Of a stretch of DNA of 64,000 nt, positions 13,370 through 38,228 are shown in pieces (position 1 is the stretch's first letter; each line of letters starts with the position of its first letter). The notes under the pieces were generated by a model. The model saw only the letters and a program-made list of their open reading frames with translations. It was not told where the DNA came from and made no database searches. Made by a program: the position numbers and the translations under genes. The DNA comes from Lingula anatina (taxonomy: Eukaryota > Animalia > Brachiopoda), in assembly GCA_051362555.1 (NCBI GenBank), contig CM120640.1, positions 55,654,788 through 55,718,787 on the forward strand, given 5' to 3'.

Positions 13370-16300
13370 CTGTAAAATATAAGAGAGAAAACCAAATACA
13401 AAGAGTCAGCAGAATTATGCCAATGTACTGAGTTATTTGATTACATTATGCTCTTAAAAGACCAAAGGCTTACATTTCAAAAAACACTTTCAATTTCACA
13501 GTATATTATTACAGAAATTCATTCCTCTTATTGAAAATATTAATAATATCACTTTTAGTAACACATTCAGTCTATTTTAAGTTCACTTAGAACACTTAAC
13601 ACTTTTTATATACAGACACTGTAAGTGTCTATATATTCTGTCTGTGTTGTCACCGTTGCTGTCGCTGCCCAACACATGACGTTTGGCCCATAACTACCAA
13701 ACCATATTTTTGTTTTACTTTAAATTTACCGAGTTCCTTTGTGTGGTAAAGAGGCCAGGTTGCATTCAAAAATCTGAATGATCAGTTTATATTTACAGTA
13801 ATTATTGTTTTTTTTTCATAATTTTAGCGATGTTCACCCCATAACTTCCAAATCATATTTTTGTTTTTCATTAAATTTACTGAGTGGATTTGTTTGGCAA
13901 AGAATCAGGTATAATTGGTATAATTGGTTTACATTTCCGACAGTTTTTTTTTTCCCACAATTTAGGTGACATTTGCCCCATACTGCCAAACCTTATTTTT
14001 GTTTTACATTAAATTTACTGAGTGCTTTGTTTGGTAAAGAGGCAGATTGCTTTCGAAAATCCGTATGATTGGTTTACATCTACTGTAATTATTGTTTTTC
14101 TGATTTTTTTTTCACACATTAGCATTTTCAGTGGCTTTTATAGCCCATGAAACTGAATTACTTGGTAGTTTTTCAATTGCCATGTTACCTGTAGTATATA
14201 ATGTAAGAATGTAAGAGTGATTAAGCTGTTTTAAAGCAAAAGGACAAAACATGATTTGGCTCACTCTTTTCTGCATCTGAATTTGTCAGCTTTGCTGCCT
14301 TGTTTCCTGTATGGTGTCTGTATATTTGTCAGCTTTGTTGTCTAGTTGTACTTTGTAATACTTACAATTGATATGGTATACCAATATGTTAATCCAACCA
14401 ATGGTATGATGTTCCAAATCAGAAAATATGGGAAAAAGGACCTTCGAGAATTATAAAACCTGTCGAAACGGTTTAAACTTGCTCTTTGTTGCATGTATCT
14501 TTCCCAAGCAGGATTATACTGAAAATAATATAAATAAAACCGTTAATGATGGAGACTCAAAGCTACTAGTTTGTCTCTCATTTTCTGATGTCAATCTTTT
14601 ATAATTATCAAAGGGCACTTTAATTTTTACTACAGCAGTGATTGGGAAGGTTCAAACCACCCATGGGACAATGGCCCCTCCTGGGTCACCCTTAATGGGC
14701 CATTTTGCATATCAATGGGCCATCGCTTGACATTTATGGGCCAAATATATTTGAAATATCTGTATCAATATTTTTGGGAATAATATGATAAGGTTTTGCA
14801 GTTAAACTTTGTTAATATATTTATTTAGTTAAGACTTTTATTTGTCTTTTTCAATAAAACCATTACAATGCCTTCTTTACTGAACTTATTTGAAGACTAA
14901 ATGAAAAAACAAAATGATCAGAAAACATGTAACACTCATTAGTAATTGGTTTTTATTTGATGAAACCATCAACAAGAGGTAAACAATCTAGATCTCTGAA
15001 AACCTTGATTACTCAAAACTGAGAAAATGTAAATGAAATCATCTTCACATACTGTCTAGTACTTATTAATCAGTCTTACTGAAAAGAGATTTCATTACTT
15101 AATGAAGTAATCTCTTTTTCCTGTGCCACACATTCAGTGCATCCTCATAACTTATCTTACTCTCAAGAATCTTAACTCTTACACTGTTCGCAGTCGTACT
15201 GGAGCCAGGGCCATAGTTGAAGCCATCGGGGTTGGAAACCTTGTGCGACCTGAGAGTGAGAGGTGCTAGCACTAGCAGTAACACTACTGTCAGTGTCACT
15301 ACTACTCGTCGTAGTGCAAGGAGCGCTGCTCTCAGAAGTTGGTACATTTTCTTCCCCCGTCTCCTTTGAGTTTTCTTCCTGAACATTGGACGGACCCTTA
15401 GACGAAGCGGTTGAAGTAAATAAACTTACTAATGTAGGCTGGTCTGGCGAGATTTTAAAAATCTTTTTCAGCGGCATTTTTCTTTTCACTTCAACAAAGT
15501 GCTGCTTGAAAAAATCCCATGTGCTTTCAGAACGAAAAGCAAGGTTACTTCTAATTGGATAAACATGACCTATAAACTGATTGGCCAATAAGATATCAGC
15601 TTTTATTTCATTAGCATATCTATTGGGACGATGTGCTCATTGCTCTCGGCAAACTTTGGCGATTGCGTTCGATAGCTTCCAAATTCGTTCCTGAGATGTC
15701 TTCAGGTATGAGAGGAAAATTACGCTAATCAGTTGACGAATAGTTTATTGACGAGTAGACTCTTTTTTAAAACACGAGGTATAACAAAATCACGCACCCT
15801 TATGGCGCACAAACAGGGCTTTTTATGCGCCCAGTTACGATTCTATGCGCGTATGGCGCAATGGCGCGTTCCTTCCCAATCACTGCTGACACATATGAAG
15901 AATATGAACAAATTGTTTACGGCAAAAATAATGTAAAAACTAAAGCCAGTAAAGCCAACAGATTTTCTCATGAAAACTGAAGTTAGAGAGCAGGAGCGGA
16001 TCCAGGATTATTTGAAGGGGGGGGGGGGGGGTCCGTGGATTCAAACCGCCCCCCCCCCCCCTCCAAGCGTGGGGTTCGGGGGCCACTGAAGGCCCCGAAA
16101 ATTTTGGTATTTTAGAGGCATAACGGTGCCATTTGGTATGGTTTAGAACTATGATTCAGCTAGTCAAAATTCTTTCTTATTTCAAGAAGAGACTATTGGT
16201 GTGATTTTTTTTCAGAAATCGAATTGGGGTGGACCCCCCTGAATACTGACAACCCCCAAAACCCGCCACTGGAGAGTACATACCAAGGAAGTGTTAGAAG

Positions 16301-16439
16301 GTCCGAACGGATTTGTCTTTTTCATCATGAATTCTGCTTTTCTTTCTGCTCGCATTTCTGTTCTTTTTTGTCGGGCTTGAATTTCCTGCGGGGAAATGTT
16401 GTAGCTCGTTCGGGCATCCCAGCCATTTTGGTCGGCCAT
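13301..16439 (-). CDS. NDUFB4: NADH dehydrogenase [ubiquinone] 1 beta subcomplex subunit 4 (B15), 3 coding exons, 125 aa
   Basis: Exons are 16284-16439 (MADQNGWDARTSYNISPQEIQARQKRTEMRAERKAEFMMKKTNPFGPSNTSL), 14366-14518 (YNPAWERYMQQRASLNRFDRFYNSRRSFFPYFLIWNIIPLVGLTYWYTISI) and 13301-13369 (KKADEQCREGLPYHARNMKYSY*). Both introns are GT-AG, phase 0. The YNISP, R-A-x-x-K-x-E-F and NPA motifs, the single TM helix and the size match the NDUFB4 family. Confidence 0.88.
13603..14347 (+). mobile_element. Diverged HINE related to family 1 in NDUFB4 intron 2
   Basis: 5' palindrome tatatacagacactgtaagtgtctatata, GTT/GTC microsatellite, three internal repeats of about 140-150 bp, and a duplicated 3' end cagctttgctgccttgtt. 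Confidence 0.7.
14366..14518 (-). CDS. NDUFB4: NDUFB4 exon 2
   Basis: Acceptor tattttcag, donor gtaagt, 51 open codons including the hydrophobic TM segment. Confidence 0.88.
14636..15885 (-). mobile_element. Internally deleted hAT-family transposon (ZnF-TTF type) in NDUFB4 intron 1
   Basis: TIR cagtgattgggaagg / ccttcccaatcactg. The minus ORF MPLKKIF...FQPRWLQLWPWLQYD resembles the start of a TTF-type zinc finger. The overlapping frame ...ISYEDALNVWHRKKR resembles the extreme C-terminus of hAT transposases. No clean TSD was seen. Confidence 0.7.
15991..16271. mobile_element. hAT-like MITE (CAGG-GCGGATCC type) with 5-bp TSD
   Basis: Ends caggagcggatcc / acccgccactg, internal G and C runs, gagag on both flanks (15986-15990, 16272-16276). 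Confidence 0.7.
16284..16439 (-). CDS. NDUFB4: NDUFB4 exon 1
   Basis: aaaATGg start, 52 codons, donor gtatgt. Confidence 0.88.
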
Positions 16440-16693
16440 TTTTAATAGTAAACGAAAACGAGATTTGTCTATACAAGACAACCCCAACCGTAGAATTGTG
16501 TATTTGTCACAGCACAGCGGATTGTCTCCGGTGTATTTTTTTAAAATTTTAATTAACAAGTGTATTCAAATATTTTTTAATAAATTTTAGAAAACATAAA
16601 TTCATTTAATTGGAATGAGTGCATAAGTTTTTCTACGTTGAGGGCGCCTGAGAGTGCCATCAATGGCCGCCGCTAGACAGAGTTGGACAAGAT
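16430..16693. promoter_or_regulatory. Bidirectional promoter NDUFB4 / Scm with YY1-like motifs; Scm exon 1 ends at donor 16694
   Basis: CpG-containing island. aaaatggccgac (minus, 16431-16442) and tcaatggccgcc (plus, 16660-16671) face outward across an AT-rich spacer, and a strong donor gat|gtaagt is at 16694. Confidence 0.6.
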
Positions 16694-17091
16694 GTAAGTG
16701 GTGAAGTTTATATAATATCAAGGGATCCTCTTACAGGATATCTTTATTCACTTAAAAAGGATTATTATGATATATGTTTGTTATCAGTTAAACCTAGAGT
16801 ATTATTATGATTAACTGGGCGTGGTACGAGCAGCAGCAGCTGCGACCATTTAAGCTATGCAACGCCAGCGTCCCATCTGACCCCTGTGACTGGCCGTTGG
16901 TTTGACACTTCAAAGCCAATTCGTAAGTCCAAATCTAGTACGGTTGTGCTGTTAACTACCCAAGCATTGATTTAAGATATTTTGTTGGCTGCAACTATAT
17001 ATCGGTATAGTTAAAATAGCTAGAAATGCGGAGGTTAATAGTTATCTATTATATCAATCTAATCCCACGGGAATAAACCGAAATAGCCTAA

Positions 17092-17397
17092 GATCGCATT
17101 CACAACGAGTTGAGCCATGGCTTTACAAATCCTGGAACTAATTAAATATGGCAGACGTACATGAAAGAAAAACCGCCTAATCTTTTAATAGTCTCTCCGC
17201 CTCTCACACGCCTCCCCATGCGTCATCCCTGCCGGGGTACAGTCATTAAATCTCGGTTCCATTGGGACGACACATGGGGAGGCGTGTGAGAGGCGGAGAG
17301 ACTATTAAAAGATTAGGCAGTTTTTCTTTCATGTACCTCCGCCATATTTAGTTCCAGGATTTGTAAAGCCATGGCTCAACTCGTTGTGAATGCGATC
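17092..17397. mobile_element. Tourist/PIF-Harbinger-like foldback MITE
   Basis: Near-perfect palindromic arms of about 135 bp and a TAA TSD (17089-17091, 17398-17400). Related partial copies are at about 51595-51820 and 56255-56450. Confidence 0.8.
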
Positions 17398-18620
17398 TAA
17401 GTCTTGCAGCTTAGTGTTGAAAAAAATGAAGGAGAGTGGGGTGAGAAATAACAGCAGGGACAAAGAATAAAGGCTAACAAAATTTATTTCTGGTGGCTTT
17501 CTCATTAACACAAAATTTTGTGTGTTAGCAGATTTGTGTCAATTCATGAAAGATAGAGGTGCCTTTAACTTAAAATAACAGCCAGTTAACATAACCACCC
17601 TGGGAGCTCTAGAAACGTATTGCTCACCTCTCACTTCCACAACTCCCACATATCCGAAAAGCCAGTCAGTCTTGCAATCAACAGCACTATGAGTAAGGTT
17701 AGATTCATCTGTTCATCTGCTAGTTAGGCTGCCATGAAATTAAAAAAACAGCTGTAGACCCCCACTGACTGATCATGAATTCTGAGAGCAAAAAGGCTGG
17801 GAATGGTTAGAGCTAATGGCACCTCTATCTTTCAGGTGTTAGCACATGTTGAATAGTACATATCAGGGACCATAAACTGGAGTGCTTTCTCATGGTTATA
17901 GTCTATTGCATAATAATATAATTTCACCATCTTTTACATAACACTTATGAATTGCTTTCTAAAATGATACCCTTGGTGCATAGTGTTTCATTCTCAGTGC
18001 ATAGAGCCCCACTGGACATGGATTCTTGCACATTTTTTGTCTCATATGATGTCATAATTTGACCCTATTAGCACTAGCAGACTGTTATAAGTTGTAATTA
18101 TAGATCAAAGGTGCATATGTGAAATACTGGAAATTTCGGCATGTGGCATGCATGATCTCAAACTTATTGGCAGTTCACATGGAAGAGGTTGCCTCTTATT
18201 TCAGTCTCTTTGTAGTGTCAGTCTTTGCAACATGTAGAAGGAATGCCATAGTAATCCACAATGTTTACAGCTATGGATTTTTTTTTTTAGTAATGAATAA
18301 GTAGGAACTGTGGGACTGTATTTTTTGTAACAAAGAACAAAGTTTAGATGTTCTGTGTCTTCACTGTTGATGAGTAAGGATGTTTCATAGTGATTCACTC
18401 TAAAATGAACAATGTTTCATAAATGACCATTTTTCATTTATTAATGCAATTAGTTTTATGTTTATGTGCAGTTGGCTGAGGATGGTTTATAATATGAATA
18501 TAGGTCCCTCATAAATACTGTTGCATATCAGTTTTATTTTTTCTTCAGATGTTCCTGGTATTATAGAATCTGGAAATTATACACAATTGTCAACCAAAAT
18601 ATTTGTGAAGCTGTCCTAAG

Positions 18621-31185
<12,565 letters not shown>

Positions 31186-34100
31186 GAGACTTATAAGGAA
31201 GTATGGTTACAATAGACATGGTGAAGAACAAACAGAAAAAGGGAAAAAATGCATGGGCTTGACAAGTATAGATAATAAAGATTAATGTGAAGATAACCTT
31301 ACTTTTCTTCTTTTATACTTCAAGTGTGGCATATAACTGCATGATCCAATTTCTCTTCATTTTCACTCAATTAGCTTATAATAATAATAATAATAATAAT
31401 AAACTTTATTTAAAGAGGGTAAAACATGTTAAGTGCACACACTTATCTTACACATGGCCCTCTAGGGGGTGAAAATGAAATTTTGTGCTAATGAATAAAA
31501 GATGTATACTGTGACAATATATTGAAATACTGAGATTTGGGGATTTTTTTTTTCTCTTGTGGCAAGCTACTTTGAATAGAGATAGATTGCAAGGAAATGT
31601 TTTTGCTGGTGTAACAGCTGGTTTAATGTGCCACTGTTATACCATCAGAACTTGATGTGAAGTATGCTCTATTTTTCTAATGGTGGGAGGGGGGTAGGGT
31701 GGATAAGTGTTTTGAATAAAATTATGCTATGTGAACATAATTAGTTTTAAAAACTGGTACATTGTAAAAACATTGCACTGCAGTGAAATGATCTTTCACA
31801 ATTGCCCCTTTATTGTCTTGGGAGGTGCATCAAGCCTTTTTTATTAGTCTTAATAGAGAATTTTTGTATGGATTTTTCCTTTTTTGTACTGTATGGGAAA
31901 TAATTCCATGCTCAGCAACTAAATGACACTGAAGAGAACAACTGCAAAGGTTTGAGCAGATGGAGTGGATTTAATTTCATAGATGACAGTGTATTTGTCT
32001 CCATGTTGTCACAAATGACAGATGCTGTTATAATGAATCTTTTTCACCTGCAGTTTCATCAATTAAGAAATGACACATCAACTGGCATGTATTATTGAAG
32101 TGCACCAGGCCCTTATGTACTAAGTTTACTTCTGTTAGAACATGAAATAGGGGTGTACCATCAGTATTTCTGTCAGTAATGTATTGGTTTTTAATGCACA
32201 GACTGTTGTGACTGTACATGTAGCCATCAGCAGGTTATTTGTTTCGATGTTCAAAATGTGCATAGTGTCAAGTAAGCTTCTTTTTATTTGCCATTATATT
32301 TTCTTGGAACAATTGTGTAGATGTGTAGAGTAAATATCTTGACATTTCTCATGGAATTGCTCTCACAATCTCTTAAACTTAAATTTCACATCTAGTGGCA
32401 TCAGATATAAACAGCAGTTTTGTTCTTTCATGATTGTATGAAAACTGTTTACTTCTTTATTATTTCTGTACATGAATCGGCTTTTGCTGTCTAGTTTATG
32501 CTTGAATATTAGAAAATATACCTTTATTAGCCTTAAAGGCAGTAAGAAGTTGTGGTAGATTAAATGATGCGCGGGTGTCCTGTATGTAACAGATTGTGAA
32601 TGATCTTGTACAGATAGTAGTACTGTATTATTGGTGCTAGGTTTAGACTGGTTTCAGAACCATTCCTTTAATCTCTGTGTATATAGGTATATGCAGGACA
32701 TACAAAAGGCCATATATGCAAGTATGCATGCCATGGAAGGATATTAGATATTAAATGTGACACACCTACATATTATTTCAGACGTTCAACCACAAAGTTG
32801 AAATCTGACTCACCACACCACATTTGCCTTTGATTTGTCCAAGACAAAAAATGCAGGCAAAAGTTTATAAGTTGCAAAGAGGGAATTGCAAAGAGGGAAG
32901 GGGCTACAAGGGCGATGATGATGATGATGAAACTTTTAAAAATAGGTTATCATTTTTTGAGGTGCCATTTCCAGACACTTGAACGTATATAAAAGCACAC
33001 ACAGATCTTTACATTATGGATTATCACTAAGGCAAAGAGTAAAGCTCAAGGGAAAGTATGCATCACTATACAATGAGTTCAGCAGATTTTTGCTAAAAAT
33101 ATAACTTCTAGTGAAGGGAAAGCTGCAAAATAGTTTAATGGAAGTGTATTCATTTTTCTAAGAACTTCCCTTAAACCTTCAACTCATATGATTTGATCCT
33201 TGTTTTTTCTTCTTCTTAAAGAAATCAAAGACATGAAATGAGCTTGAAAAGAAATGTCATTATTACATTTAGTGCATCTTAACCAAATTTGAACACAATC
33301 TCATGGTCTTTAGAGATATTCTGCATGTAAAAAAATTGTACCAAAGATATGATATGGCAATATTTTCAGATTAGTTACTGCTGTAATTTTATATGAAGGC
33401 AAAGTGTTGTGATGTGAATTAGAGCAGATAGCAAAATTGTCTTTAAAGGCATATTGTTTTGTTTTGAATTGTTTTATATATATATATATACCTATGCTTC
33501 TTGTCTGATTCTCATTCACCAAAGGCCATTCCACAGCATTCTTATTGTTGCAGAGGCAAATTGAAACATGACCCTTTAAATTTTTCATGTGAATTTCCAA
33601 ACTTTTATTGATTGCACTATGGGTATCCAATTATAATGCACTTGTGAGAAGGCAAAAAAAAAAAAAAAAAGAATCCAGGCATCTAGGTAATATTTTAGAT
33701 GATAAACGAAGTGTTATGAAGAGAAAAGTAACAAACATTATGCTTCTGTTAAGTTGACCTTCAAATAAGAAAATGGCAGGTTTTACTTTATCTGCTCAAT
33801 ACCAGATAATTAACTGACTCACGTATTGCCATTTCCATTTTAACATGCATTTCTATTTCAATTTTTTGGAATCGTAAAAAAAAAAGAACTTGTCTCACAT
33901 TTCCATAGTCTAGAAAACTCTTCACATGTAGTTATATCATGTTATATGTACATGCTTATCCTTGCTTTCAGTATTGATTTTCATCTCTGTAGAGACAAAG
34001 AATCAATATTTGAACATCACAAATTTGTTGTATTGATTTTAACTATAACTTGCTGGGTGCTCAGCTTTGCACATTTCACTTCATAATTTGATCAAGCATT

Positions 34101-37100
34101 TCTCAGAATGATGATGCAATGTGCAGCAATGTATGATTTTAGTGCAAAATTAAAACTTAATCAATTGTATCACTATACATAAATTTGCTGAAAAGATAAA
34201 CTTTTGTAGAGCAATTATTACTGTATTGTCGTAGATGTTTGTCTTATGAACAACAGACAATAAAGTGAAAACATATTTGGTATTCTAGGTAAATTGTTTT
34301 TTTATTACACACCCATTGAATTATAAAAGCATTTTATTCACCCATATTTATCAAGCACTCTTGAAGATATTATAAAATAAGTATGACCAATGGAACTAAA
34401 TATTACATATGATATTTCAAGATGCAGATTTAAATAAAAGTAGAATTACTTGGCTTTTACTGTCAGAGAGCTTTAGATAATTTTGACTTCTTGTTATAAA
34501 AAGTATGCTCTTAAAATGTTGTTTGTCAAAGTTTTTCTTTTTGGTGTAAACTCAGTGGTTCATTTGCATTTGTACCAAGATAATGCAACATCTAGGACTT
34601 TTTGTGCCCAGCTTGGCTTGGTTTTCATAAAATGTCAGTATTGTTGTACAAATTATTTACCATTTTGTAAATAAGTTGATCAAGTCTGTAAGTCTGTAGT
34701 TGTCAGAAATAAACAAGAGAACTGTATTTGTTGACTTGCCTCCTTATTTTATTTGCTTACTCAAACCGCCTGGTGAGTAAAGGCACCCTAATGATGTACT
34801 GTAAAAAAACAGCATTGCTGAAATAAACCTTTCACTTTAATATGACATGAAAGAGTCTGGGATAAAAGTACTCAAAGATGTTTAGTGAATCATACTGTAA
34901 GACCTTTTTACATGCAGATAGTCGATGGTTAATGTGAAATACTTCCTTGAAACTGATTCTGATAATGTTTCTGATACTTCCCCTTAATGGCTATTGTCAA
35001 CTTCATCATTTCCGTTCATTCAAAATGCTGCATGTGAATGCCTCTTGGGGATCAATTTTTGAATTTGTTCAGCCTGGATGGTATTTATGGCCATCTTTCA
35101 CCATTATGAATCTCCATGTAAGATCTCAAATTTCAATATGTTTTCCAACTTCTGCAGTTTATTTGTTTTTAACATGGCATGTTTGAGTGATAATATGCTC
35201 AGTAAATTAATAAGCCTTATAATGGGTGATTTTTTAAAAGAAAATAAATGAAAAAAATTATTATAATATATCCTTTTCTATATTCAGTTACAAAAAGACA
35301 CCTTTGCACTTAAATATGTTAAAACTATTCAGTCACTGTCACTTCCAATGTGTTCTGCAGTTTTAACCAATCAGATTTCTCTTTGCAAATGGTAATTTTG
35401 CATGATACTGGTAGCATAACACTGCTGTGATTCTAGCATTTTATTCATATCGAGATTCTGTCAGACCATAGCTGCAAAGTAGGCACATTTAAATGCACTG
35501 GCAGTATTTTTGAAATAAAAAATCTTCTTGTCTAGGGTGTCTATATTCAAACTACACTTAAATTATACCCCTGGTAATATTGACAGATTCTAGCAGAGCA
35601 CTGAAATGGACGCGTTGGGGACCACTGCACATTAGAGTGATATAATTATTTTCAGTAATTGCTCCAGTAGCACTGTTTCTCAACTTAATTGTCATTGGTT
35701 GTTGCCTCATTGTGCAGTGTGGTTAATTTTCTTTGCAGTTTGTCGTCACTGTGGTTTAGTTTCTTAAGTACCAACCAGCCAAGCTCTTGTAGAAAAGTGG
35801 AAAGTGTTTGTATTTGAATGAGTATCTGATTTTGTAATGAACATAATACACATACACTATTTGAAAATGTCACTTGGTAAGTATGAAGTTTAGCCTCCAA
35901 TCCATAGTTTTTTATGTTTTCATCCTTTGTTGTAATTGCCCGTGTTACCAGAAGCTTTAATATAAATCATTTAAAATATATTCTGTTGAACATCTTTATT
36001 TTTATTTGTGGTGCTTGCTAGAATGGTAAATTCAAAGAAGATAGAATGAGACGGGAGTTGGAAGTACCTTGGGTCTTCCTTCGTGTAGAATAAATGGTTG
36101 GTGGCATCCTATTCTAGCATAATCAAGTGCTGTATGACTCACATGCTGTTGTAAGTGATACGCCTTTCATGGCAGGAAAGAACAATTATAGATTGCTTTG
36201 GTTACCTTCTCTAAAAACAGTTTAGGGATTGAATAGAGGAGAATTTAAGCTCTTAGTATATAATGATATTGTGGTATTTGAAATAAAATACTATCTTTTA
36301 TATTTTTTATTTATACATGCAGCATTATGAAACCAAGGAATGCGAAGTTGCTTGTATTACCTTTGTTTTTATCTAGAGTGCCGACAGACAAGTCCAAGTA
36401 TAGGTTGCTGATAAACAAGTGCATATTGTTAAGAAGAGAGATTGGCTGGGTAACAACAACAACAGTAGGTCCCTTGCTCACAGTAGCCATCCAACAGGTA
36501 TGTGAAGAGCATTGCTTTCATTATGTCATTTGAGTATATGTGACATATACATTATTCACAAGTTAGGAGTACAGGAAATGTCAAGTTGTTCATTTTGTAC
36601 AATGTCAATCTTTTCCAATATAAACTAAAGTGTACAGTACTTCTTTATGGTAACACACTTACAGATACATATCTTAAGAGAAGTGATTGTTTAAAAAAAG
36701 GATCTGTCTGGTAGTCAAAGTAAATTTTAGACCTTGCATGTGTATTGATCTCAGTGTGTTGACTTGGCGGTGCCCTTGGGTATTGCCTTATTAATCATTG
36801 GGTAGCTCATGGTTTGATGGCTCTATGGTGATTAATGAACTTAATTCAATACATTATGTTCTTGTATACAAATGTATTTTTCAGTTGGTTATAGAGCGGA
36901 TGAGGATCAATTTCAAGGGAAAAAACATTTGAGAGGTTTCTTCATTATCCAGGTAAGGAATATGTATCTGTCACCCGGATATATGATTAAGATAACTGTT
37001 TTTTAATATTTCAAACAGGAATGCCAAACAAATGGAGAGTTGTGTTCACGGGGCTTTATGTTTAGGACATGATGGCATTTGTTCATTTAAAGATTTTTAT

Positions 37101-37543
37101 CTTCATTGATATATGATGCTTTAAAAGGCTGGACAATAAGAAAGTAATATTTCAAGCCGTTAAAAGCAATTTTTTATATTAGTTGGTATCTGTTGGAGAA
37201 GCTTCAATGCTTCACCCTTTTTTGTACAGATATCTCTTTCTGCTTAGGTGAGGCTTAATTCAAAGTTGGTCTTGTTGTCATGTGAGACCTGGTGTCAAGG
37301 TTGCAGGAGAAATCAACTTAAGGTTGAAACTTAGTCATAAAGTTATTCATATTTTGTGAATAACTATTGAGTGTTCATTGGGAATGGAAAATAAGATTAT
37401 GGGAATATGACACATTTGATGGGAGCAAGAATTAAGCACACATTCTTGTAATTTCTCCTCCACACATGTATTACAACAGAAGATATTGTTCTCAATTTCC
37501 CATGCTCCATTCCCTACCAAAATTTTGAAGTTTGAAATCTGCT

Positions 37544-38228
37544 TAAGCCCCCGTCACACTTATTCGGAATCAGCGGGAATCAAGCAGAACCAGCCAGAAT
37601 GACTAAATTTAAAAATTCATACTACATTCGGGAAGAAATTTCAAATTGGCCTTAATTCTTGTAAGAATGCCGTTGGAATACTCAGAATGCGCTTGAATCC
37701 GCTTGGAATGATTCTTGCACATTTCGGCTGTATTAGCTCTCAAATGCAGCTCGAATGTAGTTGGAAAACTAGGAATATCAATAATGCTGTCAGAATGCAG
37801 TCAGAATATTTAAAATACACTTAGAATGCCGTACGGGTGTAGTTAGATTGCTGGCTGAAATAAGATCGAGATGCATTCGAGTTGTATTGTGGCTCATTCT
37901 AGCAGGATTTGAAGTGTCTTGCTATTTCGGTTCTCCCTCGAATGTGATCAGAAAGTTTAGAATGCTGTCAGAATGCTGTGAGAATATTTAGAATGCAGTC
38001 ATAGTGCAGTTAGAATACTATTTAAATGCCATTTGATAATTTTCCACTTGGAATGCACTTCAGTTTTTAACATAAGCAAAACATTCGGGCCGGCCACAAG
38101 AATGGGTAAAAATATTTGGAATGCACTCGGAATTTTTAGAATGCTCTTCGAATATCCAAGACCACACAAATAATTGTCTTTCCAATGGCATTCTTGCTCA
38201 TTCCGCCTCTAGTGTGACGGGAGTATTA
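37544..38228. mobile_element. Non-autonomous DNA element with short TIRs and internal AGAATGC repeats
   Basis: cccgtcacact (37550-37560) / agtgtgacggg (38211-38221); many gaatgc/gcattc motifs. Confidence 0.65.

Noticed and set aside
16440-16559. N-terminal extension of NDUFB4 in the ORF track
   Set aside because: It starts at a non-ATG codon; the aaaATGg at 16439 gives a family-typical length of 125 aa.
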